Below are positions 59,254 to 64,000 of a DNA stretch of 64,000 bases, piece after piece. The translations under genes were made by a program, and so were the position numbers. The DNA lies in the NCBI GenBank assembly GCA_002269645.1, contig NIVC01001808.1:1-64000 (forward strand). The letters are read 5' to 3'. The notes below the pieces were generated by a model, which saw only the letters and a list, made by a program, of their open reading frames with translations, ran no database searches and was not told the DNA's origin. Source of the stretch: Macrostomum lignano. Lineage: Eukaryota. Within the stretch, counting starts at the first letter, position 1; each line of letters begins with the position of its first letter.

Positions 59254-62200
59254 ATGAATGTGAAGCAATTTTCGCAGCCTGAAGCAAATCGAGCCTCGGC
59301 AGCAGCGGCTCAACTTCAGCAGTTGAGATTGCAAGCTGCTGACGCGGATGCGTCCGAAACTCAACTGGCCGAATGGTGCCTTGGACGGCCGGACAATGCG
59401 CCCAAGCAGCGGTCTAATCAGGTCCGGCTGTTTCTGAGCTCCACATTCTCAGGTTGGTTTTTTCAATTTGCAATATTCGTTTTTTAGGCCTTGTCTGAAT
59501 TTCAAAAGTTAAGGCTCTAAGTTAAAAAGTTGATATACCATAACTTCAATGTCCTTCCACTTGCATGTCCTTCCACCTGCATGTCCTTCCACTTGCATGT
59601 CCTTCCACCCACATGTCCTTCCACCTACATGTCCTTCCACCTGCATGTCCTTCCACCCACATGTCCTTCCACCTACATGTCCTTCCACCTGCATGTCCTT
59701 GAACTTGCATGTCCTTCCACTTGCATGTCCTTCCACCTGCATGTCCTTCCACCTACATGTCCTTCCACCTGCATGTCCTTCCACCTGCATGTCCTTTCAC
59801 CCGCAGACTTCCGCGCCGAGCGCAACTATCTAACGGAGCACGCGTTCTCCGAATTGAAATCCTACTGCGCCACTCTGGGCTTGGAGTTTCGCGTCTGCGA
59901 CATGCGCTGGGGCGTCACGGACGCCGCTAAAAGCGACCACGTTGTTGAGTCGCTCTGCCTTAGCGAAATCGAACGCTGCGAGCGTCGATCCGTTGGCCCG
60001 TTCTTTGTCGCGTTGCTAGGCAACCGATACGGCTACCAGCCTGTGCCGCCCAGTATCGAGCAGTCGGAATTCGACATACTGTTGGAGTTTGCTAGAAAAT
60101 TTGCCGCTCAACATGCCGAGATCCTGGCCGACTGGTACCGGCTAGACGAGAACGCTCAACCGCCTGTTTATCAGCTCCGACCAATCAGGAGCCGCCTGCC
60201 AGCGTATGCCAATTATAGCGACGAAGCTGCCAGGCGCAAGGCCGGGTCGGATTGGTGGGATATCGAGGAAGCTCTGAGGAATTGCTTGCGCAGGTCTGCT
60301 AGCAAGGTAAGCTTAACCTGAAGTACTTTTATGGCTGAATGGCATCGTGTTGACGAAGAAATGGCATAACAAAATCAACCTTTTAACAGTCATAGCATTA
60401 CCCGATAAAATACCCTTTAACTGCCATAGAGTTGTCCGATAAAATACCCTTTTACTGCCATTGCATTACCCGATAAAATACCCGTTAACTGGCATAGAAT
60501 TGCCCGATAAAATACCCGTTAACTGGCATAGAATTACCCGATAAAATATCTGTTAACTGGCATAGAATTACCCGATAAAATATCTGTTAACTGGCATAGA
60601 ATTGCCCGATAAAATACCCGTTAACTGGCATAGAATTACCCGATAAAATATCTGTTAACTGGCATAGAATTACCCGATAAAATATCTGTTAACTGGCATA
60701 GAATTACCCGATAAAATAGCTGTTAACTGGCATAGAATTGCCCGATAAAATATCTGTTAACTGGCATAGAATTGCCCGATAAAATACCCGTTAACTGGCA
60801 TAGAATTTCCCGATAAAATACCCGTTAACTGGCATAGAATTACCCGATAAAATATCTGTTAACTGGCATAGAATTACCCGATAAAATATCTGTTAACTGG
60901 CATAGAATTTCCCGATAAAATACCCGTTAACTGGCATAGAATTACCCGATAAAATATCTGTTAACTGGCATAGAATTGCCCGATAAAATATCTGTTAACT
61001 GGCATAGAATTGCCCGATAAAATATCTGTTAACTGGCATAGAATTGCCCGATAAAATACCCGTTAACTGGCATAGAATTGCCCGATAAAATACCCGTTAA
61101 CTGGCATAGAATTGCCCGATAAAATACCCGTTAACTGGCATAGAATTACCCGATAAAATACCCGTTAACTGGCATAGAATTGCCCGATAAAATATCTGTT
61201 AACTGGCATAGAATTACCTGATAAAATACCCTCTAGCTGCTATAAAACTACCCGATAAAATACCCTTTAGCTGCCATAGAACTATCCGAAAAAATACCCT
61301 TTACCTTTCATACTACTGTGCATATGCTACTCACTACCAAAAGCAAACTGAAAGCCACTGAAATATCAATCAGGCCGCGGAGGCTGGCAGCATTTCGCAG
61401 GAGTCTCTCGCCCGCTACCTGCGCAGCGTTACCGAGGCGGAAGTGATCGCCGCCAGGCAGGCCGCTTCTGGCAGACCAGACAACCAGCTGGTGTACATTC
61501 GCGAGCTCACCGACCTGTGCCTGCACCACGAGGCGGCGGAGAAGTATACTGGTGAGTTTTTTGCCTGCTGGTTCTGTGATTCCAAATCCTCAGACTGGGC
61601 CTTTTCTAATCCCAGATCCTGAGACTGGGCCTTCTCTAATCCCAGATCCTGAGACTGGGCCTTCTCTAATCCCAGATCCTGAGACTGGGACTTCTCTAAT
61701 CCCAGATCCTGAGACTGGGACTTCTCTAATCCCAGATCCTGAGACTGGGCCTTCTCTAATCCCAGATCCTGAGACTGGGCCATCTGTAATCCCAGCCTTC
61801 CAGATCCTCAGCTGCTGGGCCAGCCTCCCAGATCCCCAGTTGCTGGGCCAGCCTCCCAGATCCCCAGTTGCTGGGCCAGCCTCCCAGATCCCCAATTGCA
61901 GGGCCAGCCTCCCAGATCCCCAATTGCAGGGCCAGCCTCCCAGATCCCCAGTTGCTGGGCCAGCCTCCCAGATCCCGAGTTGCTGGGCCACCCTCCCAGA
62001 TCCTTAGTTGCAGGGCCAGGCTCCCAGATCCCCTGTTGCTGGGCCAGTCTCCCAGATCCCCAGTTGCTGGGCCAGCCTCCCAGATCCCCAGTTGCTGGGC
62101 CAGCCTCCCAGATCCCCAGTTGCTGGGCCAGCCTCCCAGATCCCGAGTTGCTGGGCCAGCCTCCCAGATCCTCAGTTGCTAGGCCAGCCTCCCAGATCCC

Positions 62201-63468
62201 CTGTTGCTGGGCCAGCCTCCCAGATCCCCAGTTGCTGGGCCAGCCTCCCAGATCCCCAGTTGCTGGGCCAGCCTCCCAGATCCCCAGTTGCTGGGCCAGC
62301 CTCCCAGATCCCCAGTTGCTGGGCCAGCCTCCCAGATCCCCAGTTGCTGGGCCAGCCAGTTAGATTCAGTAACAGTAATCTAACTGTAACAGTAACAGTT
62401 AGATTCTCCAGCTTATGTGCAGCCGTTGACCCTCTTTGCCGCAGACCTGGTGCTCCAAGGCGAGAACCTGCTGTTAAACACTGAGTCAGCCAGCCTGCTC
62501 AAATCACTCAAACAGTCGATCAAGTCCAGCTCCATGCGTTGGCGGGAATTCCTCGTGCCCTGGGATCGTCGAGGCGTTGTGCCCGAAGGTGTCGAGCAGC
62601 ACCAGCGCTACCTGGCGAATCTCTCCCGTTGCCTGGTGTCAGATGTATCCAGGATGATTGACCAGACCATAGCCGCTGGCGGCCTGCACCATCATCAGCA
62701 GCAGCAGCTGGCTCCCATGCTGGCTCTTCAGGACGAGTTGGGCCATCACGCCGCGTTCTGTCGGGATCGGCTGCGCCAGTTCTGCGGCCGAGAAACGGAG
62801 CTGAATTCTATTAAGGAGTGCTGGCTAAATGGCGGGAATGCCAATCAGACTGTGGTTGTGTGGGCGCCTAGCGGGCACGGTAAAACCGCACTGGTAAGTA
62901 AAATATTCTAACTGAATGTACTTTTAAAATGATCAATAATGTACTTAAAAAAAGGACTCCCGATCGACAATACCTTGCTGTGTCTGCTGATGCACTGAAA
63001 CAAATTTTTCAGCCAATGAAATCTAATTGGCTAAGAAGGGGTTCCTTCAAAATGCTTCTAAAAATAGCAACCACTCACAATTGAATCTTTCAGGGGTCCC
63101 GAGTAAAGTACCTTGCGTGTTTCTAAAAATAGCAACCACTAAAACAAACCCTTCAGCGAATGAAATCTGATTGGCTGAGACTGGGGTTCTCTAAATGCTT
63201 CTAAAAATAGCAACCACTCAATATTAAATCTTCCAGGTGTCTCGAGTAGCGCAAGTCGCACCCGAATGGTTTGGCCGAGACTGCGTAGTGGCTCTGCGCT
63301 ACGTTGGCACTTCGCCAGCCAGCACGGACAGTCTGGGCGTGTTGTCCAGCCTGTGCCGCCAAATCTGCCTGGCTTATCGACTAAAATGGCGCGAAGATAA
63401 GGCGCCTAGGACTGCTGGCGCCGCAAAAGAGATGCTGCATCGGCTAATTATTACGGTTGCTAGAGATG
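59254..63468 (+). CDS. NACHT and WD-repeat domain protein (NWD1/NWD2-like), 5' part. Exons 59254-59452, 59807-60306, 61374-61551, 62445-62893, 63237-63468; continues beyond the window
   Basis: QVRLFLSSTFS|DFRAERNYL..DMRWGV..CLSEIERC..FVALLGNRYG (DUF4062-like), SVTEAEV, FCGRETEL, VVWAPSGHGKTAL (Walker A), LRYVGTSPAST. Phases are compatible. Confidence 0.88.
59530..59800. repeat. 16-bp minisatellite (CATGTCCTTCCACCTG) ending at the acceptor 59806
   Basis: Direct reading. Confidence 0.92.
60390..61310. repeat. 34-bp minisatellite (GTTAACTGGCATAGAATTRCCCGATAAAATAYCY)
   Basis: Direct reading; NWD-like intron 2. Confidence 0.95.
61590..62360. repeat. Compound array: 30-bp unit (61590-61790) grading into a 28-bp unit (GGGCCAGCCTCCCAGATCCCCAGTTGCT); both share CCCAGATCC
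   Basis: Direct reading; NWD-like intron 3. Confidence 0.92.
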
Positions 63469-64000
63469 GTGAGTTCTCACTTTTTAATTTGTTGGATTCG
63501 TTTTTAGTCTTAGCTTCTTCATTAAGGTAGTTGGCGCCAAAGAATTTACTGATATTACTGGCGCTAACAGAATTGTAGAGGCGCTTACAGAAGTTTAGTG
63601 GCGCTTATTACTCAAGACTAGGGGCGCTTATTATTAAAGTCCTTTGCTTTATTGGCACCCACTTAGATCAGAGTTAAAAATTAGGTGTTGGTAGATTATA
63701 ATTCAAAGCTCAAAAGTCTTATTTCTACTACTTGTAACAGTAGTAGCTCGTAGTTAACTAAGTACTGTACTTTGCAACAGGAAAAGATTGCCAAACGCTT
63801 ACCACACCAATGCTAAAGTGACACATCGACACTTTCCCTCAATTTCTCTATCCATTTCACTTGGAATTTTTGTGCGCACCAGTATACATGTTTGCAGATA
63901 AGGAAGGCATTGCAATTGACTCGATTAGTCAGCTATATATATATACTTTTGCATATTTATATTACACCAGTCAATGCTAAATACACTTTAATGACTCATT

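Noticed and set aside
61415-62484. Pro/Gln/Gly-rich repeat ORFs
   Set aside because: 28/30-bp intronic satellite; the NWD-like gene splices over it in phase.

Overview
Eukaryotic (animal) genomic DNA with GC-rich exons and GT-AG introns, most of them packed with a private minisatellite. The style suggests a Macrostomum-type flatworm, which is an inference I cannot prove from the window. Bases 1-~9.3 kb are the right part of an endogenous Polinton/Maverick (adintovirus-like) dsDNA virus. It contains the pPolB C-terminus on the plus strand, then a minus-strand cassette: TBP-like gene, DEDD-type exonuclease-like gene, two conserved Maverick hypotheticals, packaging ATPase, adenain protease, major capsid, basic core protein, minor capsid, chromodomain integrase, a double PC4-like protein and a probable ACTACT terminus. 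The most striking feature is that this virus carries homologues of two host basal transcription factors (TBP and PC4), with TATA-like boxes upstream of several of its genes. The left ~5.8 kb of the element is full of 1-bp frameshifts while the right part is intact. Host genes follow: an intronless rhodopsin-class GPCR, a 2-exon orphan, ENOSF1 (12 exons, one GC-AG intron), an intronless myristoylation-motif coiled-coil orphan, WDR41, TRIM23/ARD1, GRHPR and the 5' part of an NWD1/2-like NACHT gene. A ~14 kb AT-rich transposon nest (44.8-59.2 kb) holds MITEs, a PHD/FLYWCH relic, a foldback hairpin and a nearly intact APE-RT LINE. All protein assignments come from motif recognition by eye; no database search was run.
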